In this document: positions 40,581 through 50,454 of the stretch, in pieces | How positions within the stretch are numbered: position 1 is the stretch's first letter | Layout of the letters: every line of letters starts with the position of its first letter | Assembly (NCBI GenBank): GCA_034112285.1 | Contig: JAWUVP010000035.1 | Location: forward strand, 1 to 55,924 | From: Gammaproteobacteria bacterium | Lineage (GTDB): Bacteria > Pseudomonadota > Gammaproteobacteria > JABDGN01 | Length of the DNA: 55,924 nt | Direction: 5' to 3' | Program-made: the position numbers and the translations under genes | Notes under the pieces: model-generated | The model's database searches: none | Told to the model about the DNA's origin: nothing | What the model saw: only the letters and a program-made list of their open reading frames with translations

Positions 40581-41407
40581 CCTTAGCTTATTTAAATGGT
40601 GAATATTTGCCATTAGAACAAGCTAAAGTCTCCCCCATGGATCGCAGCTTTTTATTTGGCGACGCGGTTTATGAAGTTATCCCGTTTTACCAAGGCAAGG
40701 GCCTTGGTTTAGCCGAACATTTAGACCGCTTAGATAATAGCCTAGCGGCAATAGAAATGGCGAACCCGCTTAGCCACAATCAATGGCATGTTATTTTTGA
40801 CACGCTGTTAACCGGCAGCCAGGGCACGCAAAAAATTTACTTACAAGTCACACGCGGCACCTGTTTAGAACGTAATTTTTTCTATCCTGACGCAAACGTT
40901 GGACCCACGGTCTTTGCCTACAGCGGCCCTTTCACGTCTGGTGCCAACAACCCAGGTTTGCACACCCTATGTCGGGAAGATATTCGCTGGAACAATTGTT
41001 TTATTAAATCAAACAATCTACTTGCCAGCTGCATGGCCACCGACCTGGCCAAGCGCCATAATGCGCAAGAAGTTATTATGCATCGCGACGCCGTAGTCAC
41101 CGAGGGCGGCAGCAGTAATGTTTTTATAGTAAAAGACGGCACCGTGCTCACCACACCGGTTGGCCCCCATATTTTAAATGGCATTACCCGCCAAATAACC
41201 TTAAAACTATTAGCCGAGCTAGACATCCCCCATCTCGAAGCTGACATTACTTTAGACGCATTAAAAAATGCCGATGAAGTTTGGATCACCAGCTCCACCC
41301 GCGAAGTAGCACCGGTAGTACAACTTGACGAGCAAGCCATCGGTGATGGACAACCCGGTTTAATTTGGCAGCAAGTTTATACCGCCTATAGCAATTTAAC
41401 CCACTAA
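40577..41407 (+). CDS. Class IV aminotransferase (D-amino-acid transaminase-like)
   Basis: DRSFLFGDAVYEV, IKS, EGGSSNVF, ILNGITR. Confidence 0.85.
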   Translation: MTLAYLNGEYLPLEQAKVSPMDRSFLFGDAVYEVIPFYQGKGLGLAEHLDRLDNSLAAIEMANPLSHNQWHVIFDTLLTGSQGTQKIYLQVTRGTCLERNFFYPDANVGPTVFAYSGPFTSGANNPGLHTLCREDIRWNNCFIKSNNLLASCMATDLAKRHNAQEVIMHRDAVVTEGGSSNVFIVKDGTVLTTPVGPHILNGITRQITLKLLAELDIPHLEADITLDALKNADEVWITSSTREVAPVVQLDEQAIGDGQPGLIWQQVYTAYSNLTH

Positions 41408-41417
41408 GGACCCATTC

Positions 41418-41723
41418 ATGAGTGATGATACCCAAACCCCAGATACTAGCTTTAAAGATAAAGAAGAAACGTTATTAACCTTTCCTTGTGAATTTCCTAT
41501 CAAAATAATGGGCAAAGCGCATGAGGATTTAAAAACTCTAGTGCTAGAAACCTTAGCCAAGCACGCCCCAGAATTTGATGAAGCGGTCTCGTTAACCATT
41601 AAAGAAAGCAAAGACGCAAATTACCACGCCATTACCGCCGTAATACAAGCGCAAAGCAAAGCACAGTTAGACAGCATCTATGAAGTATTAAGCGCTAATG
41701 ATTTAGTGTTGATGGCGCTATAA
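41418..41723 (+). CDS. ybeD: YbeD/DUF493 family protein
   Basis: FPCEFPIKIMG...QLDSIYEVL; mrd-dac synteny. Confidence 0.9.
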   Translation: MSDDTQTPDTSFKDKEETLLTFPCEFPIKIMGKAHEDLKTLVLETLAKHAPEFDEAVSLTIKESKDANYHAITAVIQAQSKAQLDSIYEVLSANDLVLMAL

Positions 41724-41739
41724 GCACACAGCCCTATTT

Positions 41740-43761
41740 ATGGAACATATACTTCACCCACTCATTCTCTGGTTGCACCTACACCCTAACTGGGCGGGCT
41801 TTGTCACGTTTTGCATTACCTTGTTTGAATCTTTGGCCATTATTGGCTTAATTATTCCAGGTTCTGTTACGCTTTCAGCCATTGGTGGTTTAGTCGGTGG
41901 TGGGGTTGTGCCCGCGGTTGATATTTTCACCTGGGCGATAGCCGGCGCAATATTAGGCGACGGCTTAAGTTACTGGTTAGGCTATCGTTACCATACTCAG
42001 ATTCGCACCATGTGGCCTATTAGCCGCTTTCCAAAACTGGTAACACAAGGCGAAGATTTTTTTGCCAAGCATGGAGGCAAAGGAATTTTTCTCGGTCGAT
42101 TTATTGGCCCCATTCGCCCCATTATGCCGCTAGTTGCCGGCATGTTACGCGTGCCACCGCGCAAGTTTTTTCTCGTCGATGTGATTTCCGGCATTTTTTG
42201 GGCACCGGTTTACATGATCCCCGGCATTATTGTTGGCGCCGCAGCGGCCAAATTCGCCCCTGGCCGCGCCATGCATTACTTAATGATCTTACTGCTGATC
42301 ATCTTTGTGTTGTGGCTGGTACTCTGGCTTAGCAAAATATTTATTCATAGCATAACCTTTCATTGGATGCGCCTATGCACGCTAATTTGGCAGCAACTAA
42401 AAGCCAAAAACACACTACTCTATCGTATGCTCTACGAACATGATGCGCCCAACCAAGCTCGCCCGTTAAGCATTGCCATTTTCAGCGCAGCATTCTTTAT
42501 TTTATGTTTACTCTTGCTGGGTGCCATTTTAGTAAAAGCACATTGGATAATAACACTCAACCATAGCGACCTCAGCTTTTTCCAAAGCTTGCACAGCTCA
42601 CTCTGGCAAGGTCTTGCGCTTAGCTGCAGTATGTTCTTGGGTAAATACAGCGTTATTCTTAGCACCGCAGTATTAATCAGTGCTTATTTAGCCATTGTGC
42701 GCGATTGGCATGCCCTCTGGTATTTGTGGCTAACGTTAATTTTATCGGTAGTCTGCATCGTCATCGGCAAGCACGCCATACACTCTATCCGACCCGACGT
42801 CGTTATCGCGCCGCCCGCCACGTATTCGTTACCAAGTGGTCACACCTTAATGAGCTTAACCTTCTTTAGTTACCTGGCTTTTTTAATTGCGCACCGTCAA
42901 TCCAGCTGGCTCAAAAAAGTGTTTTACTGGTTGGCCAGTTTAATTGTGTTGGTCGTGGCCTTGAGCCGCCTATATTTAAATGTACATTGGCTGTCAGACA
43001 TTGTTGTAAGCTTATTATTGGGTGCCAGTATTTTGGGCGTGGTGGTATTGTTTTATCGCTGCAGCGAGCGCGCCAACACCTACAAAAATGTTTGGCTGGT
43101 GATGCTATTAATACTGGGCCAAGCTGTTTTTGGCGGATTTTATGCCCACAAACATTACGCAAGCTTAATGGCTGATTTTCGTCTGCAACAGCCCACGTAT
43201 GCTTTAAACGTAACAACGTGGTGGCAAACACCGCACTCTATCCTGCCCCTCTATCACCACAACCGTTTTAACAACCCCGTGCAACTAATGAATGTACAAT
43301 GGCTAGCTAACAATGCTGCTATTACCCATAGCTTAATCAAACAAGGCTGGGAAATTCCACAGCGTTTTGGTTTGCATTCATTAAAACAGCAATTGCTAGG
43401 AAAAAATTTAACCGTCATTTCTCCTCTGCCGCAAAATGACAAAGGCCGCAAGCCCGCCTTAGTGCTGGTGAAACCCTTACAAGAAAACACCGGCTATTTA
43501 ATTTTACGCTTATGGCAAGCCCATTATGTTACCGCCCAAAGCACCTTGTATATAGGCAACATTAGCTATCATTTACCCCTAAAACATTGGCTATGGCATA
43601 GTAAACAACAATGCCAAAAAATCTACCCAGCCAGCATCAACGTGTTACGCCAACAATTAACCCTATGGCACACAAAAGCCATGCCAGTGAAGGTAAAGCA
43701 AGACCTTCCGAAGCAACACTGCGTTCCCGCCGATACGCTTGTGTTAAAAATACGTCAGTAG
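41740..43761 (+). CDS. DedA + PAP2 phosphatase + LssY-like C-terminal domain fusion
   Basis: ESLAIIGLIIPG, GRFIGPIR (DedA); KHAIHSIRP, PSGH, SRLYLNVHWLSD (PAP2). Confidence 0.85.
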   Translation: MEHILHPLILWLHLHPNWAGFVTFCITLFESLAIIGLIIPGSVTLSAIGGLVGGGVVPAVDIFTWAIAGAILGDGLSYWLGYRYHTQIRTMWPISRFPKLVTQGEDFFAKHGGKGIFLGRFIGPIRPIMPLVAGMLRVPPRKFFLVDVISGIFWAPVYMIPGIIVGAAAAKFAPGRAMHYLMILLLIIFVLWLVLWLSKIFIHSITFHWMRLCTLIWQQLKAKNTLLYRMLYEHDAPNQARPLSIAIFSAAFFILCLLLLGAILVKAHWIITLNHSDLSFFQSLHSSLWQGLALSCSMFLGKYSVILSTAVLISAYLAIVRDWHALWYLWLTLILSVVCIVIGKHAIHSIRPDVVIAPPATYSLPSGHTLMSLTFFSYLAFLIAHRQSSWLKKVFYWLASLIVLVVALSRLYLNVHWLSDIVVSLLLGASILGVVVLFYRCSERANTYKNVWLVMLLILGQAVFGGFYAHKHYASLMADFRLQQPTYALNVTTWWQTPHSILPLYHHNRFNNPVQLMNVQWLANNAAITHSLIKQGWEIPQRFGLHSLKQQLLGKNLTVISPLPQNDKGRKPALVLVKPLQENTGYLILRLWQAHYVTAQSTLYIGNISYHLPLKHWLWHSKQQCQKIYPASINVLRQQLTLWHTKAMPVKVKQDLPKQHCVPADTLVLKIRQ

Positions 43762-43803
43762 AGAAAATTAAAGCAGCCGAGCGCAGCGAGCTCCTTATCA
43801 CCC

Positions 43804-45138
43804 TTACTCCAAAGCCGCCAACAACTTCTCATGTACGCCATCAAAGCCTCGATTACTCATCACCAAAATATGATCCCCAGCCTGCGCAAGGGCTAAACTC
43901 GCCGCCAGCACATCAGGCACCTTAGCAAAGCTTTGCCAAGCCACATCACTGTCACCCTCAATCTCCCAGGCATCACATTCTTTATAAAAAATCACTTCAT
44001 CAGCCGCTTGAACTGCCGGCAATAATCTCTGGCTATGCACGCCGGCGCGCATGGTGTAAGAGCCGCATTCAACAATGGCGATGATGCGCGCACTGCCCAC
44101 TTTATTGCGCAAGCCTTCTAGGGTTAATTGTATCGCCGTGGGGTGATGGGCAAAATCATCGTAAACAGTTATGCCGTTGACCACGCCGCGCACTTGCATG
44201 CGGCGCTTAACGTTTTTAAAATTTGCCAAACCTTCGGCAACAGCCTCGGGCTTAACCCCAATGTGCGCGGCCGCTGCAAATACTGCTAACGCATTGTGTA
44301 CATTATGTTCGCCCAATAAATTCCACATCACTTTTGTTTGTCTATTCTGCTGATAATACACTTCAAATTCAGCGCCATCGGGTGATAACAATTTGGCATG
44401 CCAACCTTTTTTGCCTATAACATCTTGCTCACTCCAGCAGCCTTGTTGCAGTACTTGCTGTATGTTTTCATCTTCCGCTGGAGAAATAATCAAGCCTTGC
44501 TCGGGCACAATGCGCACTAGATGATGGAACTGGGTTTGAATGGCGGCTAAATCGGGGAAAATATCGGCGTGATCAAATTCTAGATTATTGAGCACTAACG
44601 TGCGCGGACGATAATGCACAAACTTGGAACGCTTATCAAAAAAGGCGCTATCGTATTCATCGGCCTCAATCACAAAATACGGCGCGTTGCCCGCCCGGGC
44701 CGACACACCAAAATTTTCTGGCACGCCGCCAATCATAAATCCTGGCGCTAAGCCGGCCGATTCCAACACCCACGCTAACATGCTGGCGGTGGTGGTTTTG
44801 CCATGTGTCCCGGCCACAGCTAACACGTGGCGCTCTTTTAGCACGAATTCAGACAACCAGGCCGGGCCAGACATATAAGCCAAGTTTTCATTGAGCACAT
44901 ACTCCACGGCTGGGTTGCCGCGCATCAGCGCGTTGCCAATGATGACCAAGTCGGGCCTATAAGCTAATTGCTCGGGGTCAAAGCCGCTGGTTAACGCAAT
45001 GCCTTGCTCTGCCAGCTGTGTACTCATGGGCGGATAGACATTCGCATCGCAGCCGGCGACCTCCTGCCCCAGCTGCTTGGCCAGCATGGCGATTCCGCCC
45101 ATAAATGAACCACAAATACCTAAGATATGAATTTTCAT
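43804..45138 (-). CDS. mpl: Murein peptide ligase
   Basis: IHILGICGSFMGG, GTHGKTT, EADEYDSAFFDKRSKF, DDFAHHPTAI. Confidence 0.96.
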   Translation of the reverse strand: MKIHILGICGSFMGGIAMLAKQLGQEVAGCDANVYPPMSTQLAEQGIALTSGFDPEQLAYRPDLVIIGNALMRGNPAVEYVLNENLAYMSGPAWLSEFVLKERHVLAVAGTHGKTTTASMLAWVLESAGLAPGFMIGGVPENFGVSARAGNAPYFVIEADEYDSAFFDKRSKFVHYRPRTLVLNNLEFDHADIFPDLAAIQTQFHHLVRIVPEQGLIISPAEDENIQQVLQQGCWSEQDVIGKKGWHAKLLSPDGAEFEVYYQQNRQTKVMWNLLGEHNVHNALAVFAAAAHIGVKPEAVAEGLANFKNVKRRMQVRGVVNGITVYDDFAHHPTAIQLTLEGLRNKVGSARIIAIVECGSYTMRAGVHSQRLLPAVQAADEVIFYKECDAWEIEGDSDVAWQSFAKVPDVLAASLALAQAGDHILVMSNRGFDGVHEKLLAALE

Positions 45139-45196
45139 TGGCAACCTTTTTTGCTATGCTTAACGCCAATTTTAACAACCTTTATCGAAAAAACCT

Positions 45197-46459
45197 ATGC
45201 CAAAAAATATCTTCTATGCGCAATCAGGCGGTGTTACTGCCGTCATCAACGCCACTGCTGCTGCCGTGATTGAAACCGCCGCCCTTTATCCTGAACAAAT
45301 TGGCAAGGTCTATGCCGGTAAAAATGGGATTTTGGGCGCTTTGAATGAAGAATTGGTCGATACTAGCATTGAGCGCGAAGCCTTAATCAAGTTATTAACA
45401 CAAAACCCTGGTGGAGCATTTGGCTCTTGCCGTTATAAGCTAAAAAACTTTAATGATGACCCCAGTGAATATCAACGCTTACTCGAAGTCTTTAGCGCCC
45501 ATGATATTGGATACTTTTTTTACAACGGTGGCAATGATTCACAAGACACGGTTAACAAGTTATCCCAATACTGCCAGCAAGTCGGTTACCCACTGCAATG
45601 TTTAGGCTTACCCAAAACCATTGACAACGATTTGGCCATCACCGATAACTGCCCTGGCTTTGGTTCCGTGGCAAAATTCATTGGCACCAGCATTCGCGAA
45701 TGCGCGCTTGATGTGGCTTCAATGTGCGCCACCTCAACCAAAGTGTTCATTATGGAAGTCATGGGCCGTCACGCGGGCTGGATTGCGGCAGCGGCAGGTT
45801 TAGCATCAACCTCTAACTTACCCGCACCGCACATTATTCTATTTCCAGAAATCACGTTTGACCCAGAAAAATTTTATAACAAAGTTCATGCCACGGTTAA
45901 AGAGCATGGCAACTGTGTGATTATTGTTTCTGAAGGTTTAAAAAATGAAGCCGGCCGTTTCTTATCCGACTCGGGAATTGAAGATGCGTTTGGTCACCGC
46001 CAATTAGGGGGCGTCGCCCCGATGCTGACCGATTTGCTATCACGCCTGCATGGCTATAAATGCCATTGGGCCGTGCCCGATTATTTACAACGCTCTTGCC
46101 GCCACCTCGCCTCGAAAGTAGATTACGAGCAAAGTTATGCCGTGGGAAAGGTCGCCGTTGAAAAAGCTATTGCCGGCAAAACCGATGTAATGATGAGCAT
46201 TGTACGTGAGTCAAACTCGCCCTATACCTGGTCAATAGGTGAAGCCGCGTTAAGTGACGTTGCCAACGCCGAAAAAATTATGCCACGTGATTTTATCAGC
46301 GACGATGGCTTTCACATTACCGATAAAGCACGTGAGTATTTATTGCCGTTAATACAAGGCGAAGTTTACCCTGAATTTGTTGCTGGCTTACCAGATTATG
46401 GACATGCGCAGTTGACCTTGCTGAAGAAAAAATTAATCGTATATAAAAACGTCGCTTAA
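45197..46459 (+). CDS. pfp: 6-phosphofructokinase, probably PPi-dependent
   Basis: QSGG, GGNDS (Asp type), PKTIDND, MGR. Confidence 0.85.
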   Translation: MPKNIFYAQSGGVTAVINATAAAVIETAALYPEQIGKVYAGKNGILGALNEELVDTSIEREALIKLLTQNPGGAFGSCRYKLKNFNDDPSEYQRLLEVFSAHDIGYFFYNGGNDSQDTVNKLSQYCQQVGYPLQCLGLPKTIDNDLAITDNCPGFGSVAKFIGTSIRECALDVASMCATSTKVFIMEVMGRHAGWIAAAAGLASTSNLPAPHIILFPEITFDPEKFYNKVHATVKEHGNCVIIVSEGLKNEAGRFLSDSGIEDAFGHRQLGGVAPMLTDLLSRLHGYKCHWAVPDYLQRSCRHLASKVDYEQSYAVGKVAVEKAIAGKTDVMMSIVRESNSPYTWSIGEAALSDVANAEKIMPRDFISDDGFHITDKAREYLLPLIQGEVYPEFVAGLPDYGHAQLTLLKKKLIVYKNVA

Positions 46460-46487
46460 TATAAGCTTAAGTATCATAGTCTATAAT
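46455..46487 (+). promoter_or_regulatory. PmrA-box-like tandem repeat plus -10 element
   Basis: CTTAATATA-AG-CTTAAGTAT-N7-TATAAT. Confidence 0.7.
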
Positions 46488-46530
46488 TATCTATGTATAA
46501 ATATAAAAAATCAATCAAGATGATCGAATT

Positions 46531-47748
46531 ATGAGAAAATTAATAAGCATTGGCCAGGGGCAGGACCGTAATCTACCTGCAGGGACTCTAGAAGGTCTAT
46601 ATGTTGCGGGAAAAAAAATACTTTTTCTAATACACACCCCTTCACTATTTATTGAATGCGTTGAATTACCCAATTTAAACTTAATGATTGACGAAGAAAT
46701 TTTCCATGTATATATGGACAATGATATTTTTGTTCATACAAATAAACGTACTCTATTATATGTTTACCCTCCATACGCTGCAGGACATCATTCAGTTCAA
46801 TTCGATATAAACCGTTTTCAACGCCGGGACCTTCCAGAACTTCATACTCACTTGAAAATAAAGGCCTCTAAAGACATCAAATCAATAACTTTCACATTCG
46901 AAACAACGATTAAAAAAAACAGACTGTCAGTAGTGTTAGATAATGCAATTCATTTTCTTGATTACACCCTGGAGAGTTTCGAGCACGTACTAGAAACAAA
47001 GCCCATCTCAGATTTTAACATTCACGCTTGTGCTTATTATTATTCCTATGCTGTTGCTAAGCGTAGAGTGTTTTATATAGCATATGACCAGAAACAGAAA
47101 AAACATACACTATTTATCAGCGGTGCCGATGGATTCAAACCGGGTGATGACGCACACAAGGTGCCTCGCATAGAAACTGACACTCTTAAAATCGCGGCCG
47201 CTGATTTTTACAACATTGCCTATACAGATAAGAACATATATATAATTGGTGATTCGATTTTAAGCCCCCAATATTTAAGTGATCAAAAAGGTTGGTACAA
47301 TTTGGATATTAAATTGTTACAGGGTGAAAAAATTATTGCAGTATCTTGTGCCAAGGGGAATATCGTCGTCTTAACGGGAGGTTCGAACAGCCGGGTATGG
47401 ATTAACCAACACAACGGAGAACCGTTGGACGTAAAGCAAACAAGATTTTCTCCTCTAGTAACCACCAGGCTGCCGGGTGACGCTGAAGTAACAAGCGTGT
47501 TGGCGGCAGACAACACAACATTCCTAGATACGAGTGATGGCGTTTACACCCTTGTTAAAGGTGTTCCTCGCAGAATAGCTGGAATTCCGGCTGAAACTAA
47601 ATACAAAAAAGTGAAGTGCAATGACCTCGCGGATCTAGGTCTAGGTGCCACTCTGATAGACCACGATGGCTTCGTGGATCTAGCTGCCACTCTGAATCCA
47701 ACTAATCACGGACTAAACAAGAATCGCATTGATGACCGTGATCTATAG
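46531..47748 (+). CDS. Orphan protein with degenerate RCC1-like repeats, candidate effector
   Basis: LKIAAADFYNIAYTDKNIYIIG, IIAVSCAKGNIVVLT, VTSVLAADNTTFLDT. Confidence 0.6.
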   Translation: MRKLISIGQGQDRNLPAGTLEGLYVAGKKILFLIHTPSLFIECVELPNLNLMIDEEIFHVYMDNDIFVHTNKRTLLYVYPPYAAGHHSVQFDINRFQRRDLPELHTHLKIKASKDIKSITFTFETTIKKNRLSVVLDNAIHFLDYTLESFEHVLETKPISDFNIHACAYYYSYAVAKRRVFYIAYDQKQKKHTLFISGADGFKPGDDAHKVPRIETDTLKIAAADFYNIAYTDKNIYIIGDSILSPQYLSDQKGWYNLDIKLLQGEKIIAVSCAKGNIVVLTGGSNSRVWINQHNGEPLDVKQTRFSPLVTTRLPGDAEVTSVLAADNTTFLDTSDGVYTLVKGVPRRIAGIPAETKYKKVKCNDLADLGLGATLIDHDGFVDLAATLNPTNHGLNKNRIDDRDL

Positions 47749-47865
47749 TAAGTTTACCCTTCAAATTCTGGGCATGGCCACTCCAACAGCGACGACGGCA
47801 GTTCCCCGCTTCGCTATAAACTAAGCGTGCGAGGAAACGTTAAAAACGCGCGTGTCACTTCAAGC

Positions 47866-49728
47866 TTACTTTTTATCCTTTAAGCGCTGCAACTTTGCAG
47901 CCAACTCATCCAAGGCTTTTTCATACTGCTTAAACCCAGCCACCTCATGATAGCTCAACTGAGAACCTGCTAGCATCACCTTAGTGGCTTGCTCCATGTT
48001 TCCTTGCTGCTCTAGCACTTGTGCAAGGCTCATTCGGGCATACACATTCCAAGGGTTCACCACTAGTGCTTGCTGATATAGGGCGATTGCTTGTTGTTGG
48101 CGCAGCGCTAATTTTTGTGCGGGCTTAAACTCGGCTAACTTACCGTGATATAAATACGCCATTGAATTATAAGGGTTCATGCGTTGCAACATATTGACTT
48201 GCACCATGCCTTGCTGGTATAAAATATCTGACAAGTTGCCTTTGGCATGCTTGGTATAATTCAAATTCACCACGCTTTGCTTCACTAAAAATTGCCATGG
48301 CGTTTGCTCATAGGGCCATACTCGTGTTGCGGTATAAGCTTCGCTCAAGGCTGCAGTCACATGGCCCTGCTGGTAAAGTTTTTGCGCGTGACGGTAAATA
48401 AGATAATTACTGCTAATTAATGCGCTGCTTAGCAAGGTTAAGAGTAATAAAACCATCGTAATGCTATTAAAAATCCACGGGCGAATATAACGTTGCCATT
48501 GTAGTGCGGTTTGCCTTAATGGAATGAGCTCGCCGGCAATGCATAATAGCCTGGCGGCAAAAACACCCATAATAATCAGCGTGGCGCTAACATATAAATT
48601 AAAAGTGACACCACTGTGCAGTAACACTGCTAATAATCCACAAAATAATCCTATTGCTTCTAAGCGTGTTGAGGTCATGCGCAGTTTAGTTATTTTTGTT
48701 TGCAACAACACAAAGCGCCACAACATATAAAGAAAGATCAGCAAACCGATTAAACCGATAGAGCACCACAGTTGTAAATAGTCGTTATGTGCAAAAAGCC
48801 CTGAGCTGCCGGCTTCATTTGCTAAGCGCACACTAGGATATAACCAGGCAAACGTTCCCAAGCCATTACCCATGAACGGGGCTTGCAAAATTAACGGTAG
48901 GGTTTGCTGCCAAATCTGCAAGCGAACATGTGAGGTGCTAGCCAGCGAGGCGCTGGAGCTAAACCCAGCCGAGGCAATGCCCTCAACGGCGGCTAAACTA
49001 TACGCCAATACAAATATAACCACTAAGCCAAGCAAGCGCCGCCAAACAATTTGTTTGCGCGCCATAAACACCAGCAACAAAAACACCAGCAAGCCGATAA
49101 TTTGCGCTGCACGGCTTGCAACAGTAAATTGTGTGTAAGCCAAAATGAAGATAACTAAACCCAATAATCCCGACAGCCAGCGATTATGTTTACTTAAAAA
49201 GCGCGCCACAACCGGCCATAGCACTAAATTAATTGCCCCTGCGACAAGATTTTTGTTTTCAAAAAAACCGTGTGGGGCTTGTTTGAAATGTAAAAATTGA
49301 ATAATACAATAAAGGCTTAAAGCCACAATCACGGTGACGATAACATTAAACCAAACTTGAAAGTTGCACCCTTCGCGCAGAGCAAATAATGTCGCAAAAA
49401 AAGCTAAGGGAAGTGCGGCCTGATTCATAAAGCCGTAATAACTCAGGCTAGGAATATTGTTGACTGATAAACTTATCAGCAGCCAGAGTAAATATAACCC
49501 CATGGCAAGCATGATGCGAAATCGAGGTAAAGCAAGTGACTGGCGATAGGCCATTTGCAAGGCAAGAAAACTGGCGAGAATTAATAAGCTGAAATTAAAA
49601 CTAAGCGTCGCAAGGTTATTACGTGAGCTAACTAAACTTACCACCAATGCAGTGCTAAGCAAAAACATAACCACTGCTTGCCAACGTATTCTAGTACCTA
49701 ACATCCTGTTATTCCTTAGGAAATCCAA
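47866..49728 (-). CDS. O-antigen ligase-like (Wzy_C) protein with C-terminal TPR-like helices; probable pilin O-oligosaccharyltransferase
   Basis: FENKN, SRA, RLQIW, GNGLGTF, AHNDYLQ; directly downstream of pilA; start may be 49704. Confidence 0.8.
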   Translation of the reverse strand: MDFLRNNRMLGTRIRWQAVVMFLLSTALVVSLVSSRNNLATLSFNFSLLILASFLALQMAYRQSLALPRFRIMLAMGLYLLWLLISLSVNNIPSLSYYGFMNQAALPLAFFATLFALREGCNFQVWFNVIVTVIVALSLYCIIQFLHFKQAPHGFFENKNLVAGAINLVLWPVVARFLSKHNRWLSGLLGLVIFILAYTQFTVASRAAQIIGLLVFLLLVFMARKQIVWRRLLGLVVIFVLAYSLAAVEGIASAGFSSSASLASTSHVRLQIWQQTLPLILQAPFMGNGLGTFAWLYPSVRLANEAGSSGLFAHNDYLQLWCSIGLIGLLIFLYMLWRFVLLQTKITKLRMTSTRLEAIGLFCGLLAVLLHSGVTFNLYVSATLIIMGVFAARLLCIAGELIPLRQTALQWQRYIRPWIFNSITMVLLLLTLLSSALISSNYLIYRHAQKLYQQGHVTAALSEAYTATRVWPYEQTPWQFLVKQSVVNLNYTKHAKGNLSDILYQQGMVQVNMLQRMNPYNSMAYLYHGKLAEFKPAQKLALRQQQAIALYQQALVVNPWNVYARMSLAQVLEQQGNMEQATKVMLAGSQLSYHEVAGFKQYEKALDELAAKLQRLKDKK

Positions 49729-49761
49729 AGTTAGATAGTAGCATGCCTATTGGCCAGATAC

Positions 49762-49789
49762 AAAAAAGCCCCTGACTTGCAGAGGCTTT
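49762..49789 (-). terminator. Intrinsic terminator after pilA
   Basis: Minus strand AAAGCCTCTG..CAGGGGC-TTTTTT. Confidence 0.65.
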
Positions 49790-49810
49790 AAGTTTATGCG
49801 TTAACTTATA

Positions 49811-50245
49811 TTAAACACCGTATTTACTGTTACCTTGACCACTTGCTATCCAAGTAACATGACCAGTAGTAATGCTACCTGACAAGATGTAAAGGTCTGT
49901 AGCTAGAATACCATTAACGGCTGCTGGTGTAATGGTTAATACAGCCGCTGTACCAGTGGCAGTTAAGCCAACCGATGTAACTTGCGATGTCGTTACTGTT
50001 GCTGGGATAGAGTTTGAACCCAATGTTGTACAGCCGGTTGCAAAACTAGTAATACCTTTGGTTGCGGCACATGTCGCAACAGCTGTGGTAAAAAGAGCTG
50101 CGGTCGAAATGACCTCACTAAAGTATGCACGTCGTGTATAGTCTTGATAGGCCGGGATGGCAACAGCTGCCAGAATACCTATGATGGCTACAACGATCAT
50201 GAGTTCTATAAGGGTAAACCCTTTTTGTTTCCGTTCAATTATCAT
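49811..50245 (-). CDS. pilA: Type IVa major pilin
   Basis: [29 protein letters not shown]; divergent from pilBCD. Confidence 0.93.
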   Translation of the reverse strand: MIIERKQKGFTLIELMIVVAIIGILAAVAIPAYQDYTRRAYFSEVISTAALFTTAVATCAATKGITSFATGCTTLGSNSIPATVTTSQVTSVGLTATGTAAVLTITPAAVNGILATDLYILSGSITTGHVTWIASGQGNSKYGV

Positions 50246-50454
50246 GATGATCTCCTTGTCGATGTTAGTTATATACTGGAAGCTGGCACAGTATGTGTCA
50301 GCGCGCTTCCAGATGTCAGTATAGAACTAGTTCTCTGATTTTTCTAGTAAATTGTTGATATTTGGTCATAAGTCACTATCCATCAAGCCTGTCTTTTTAG
50401 TGAAAACCTACTATACTTCTATTCAAGAGAAGGTCATCTCCCCTATTTATATAA

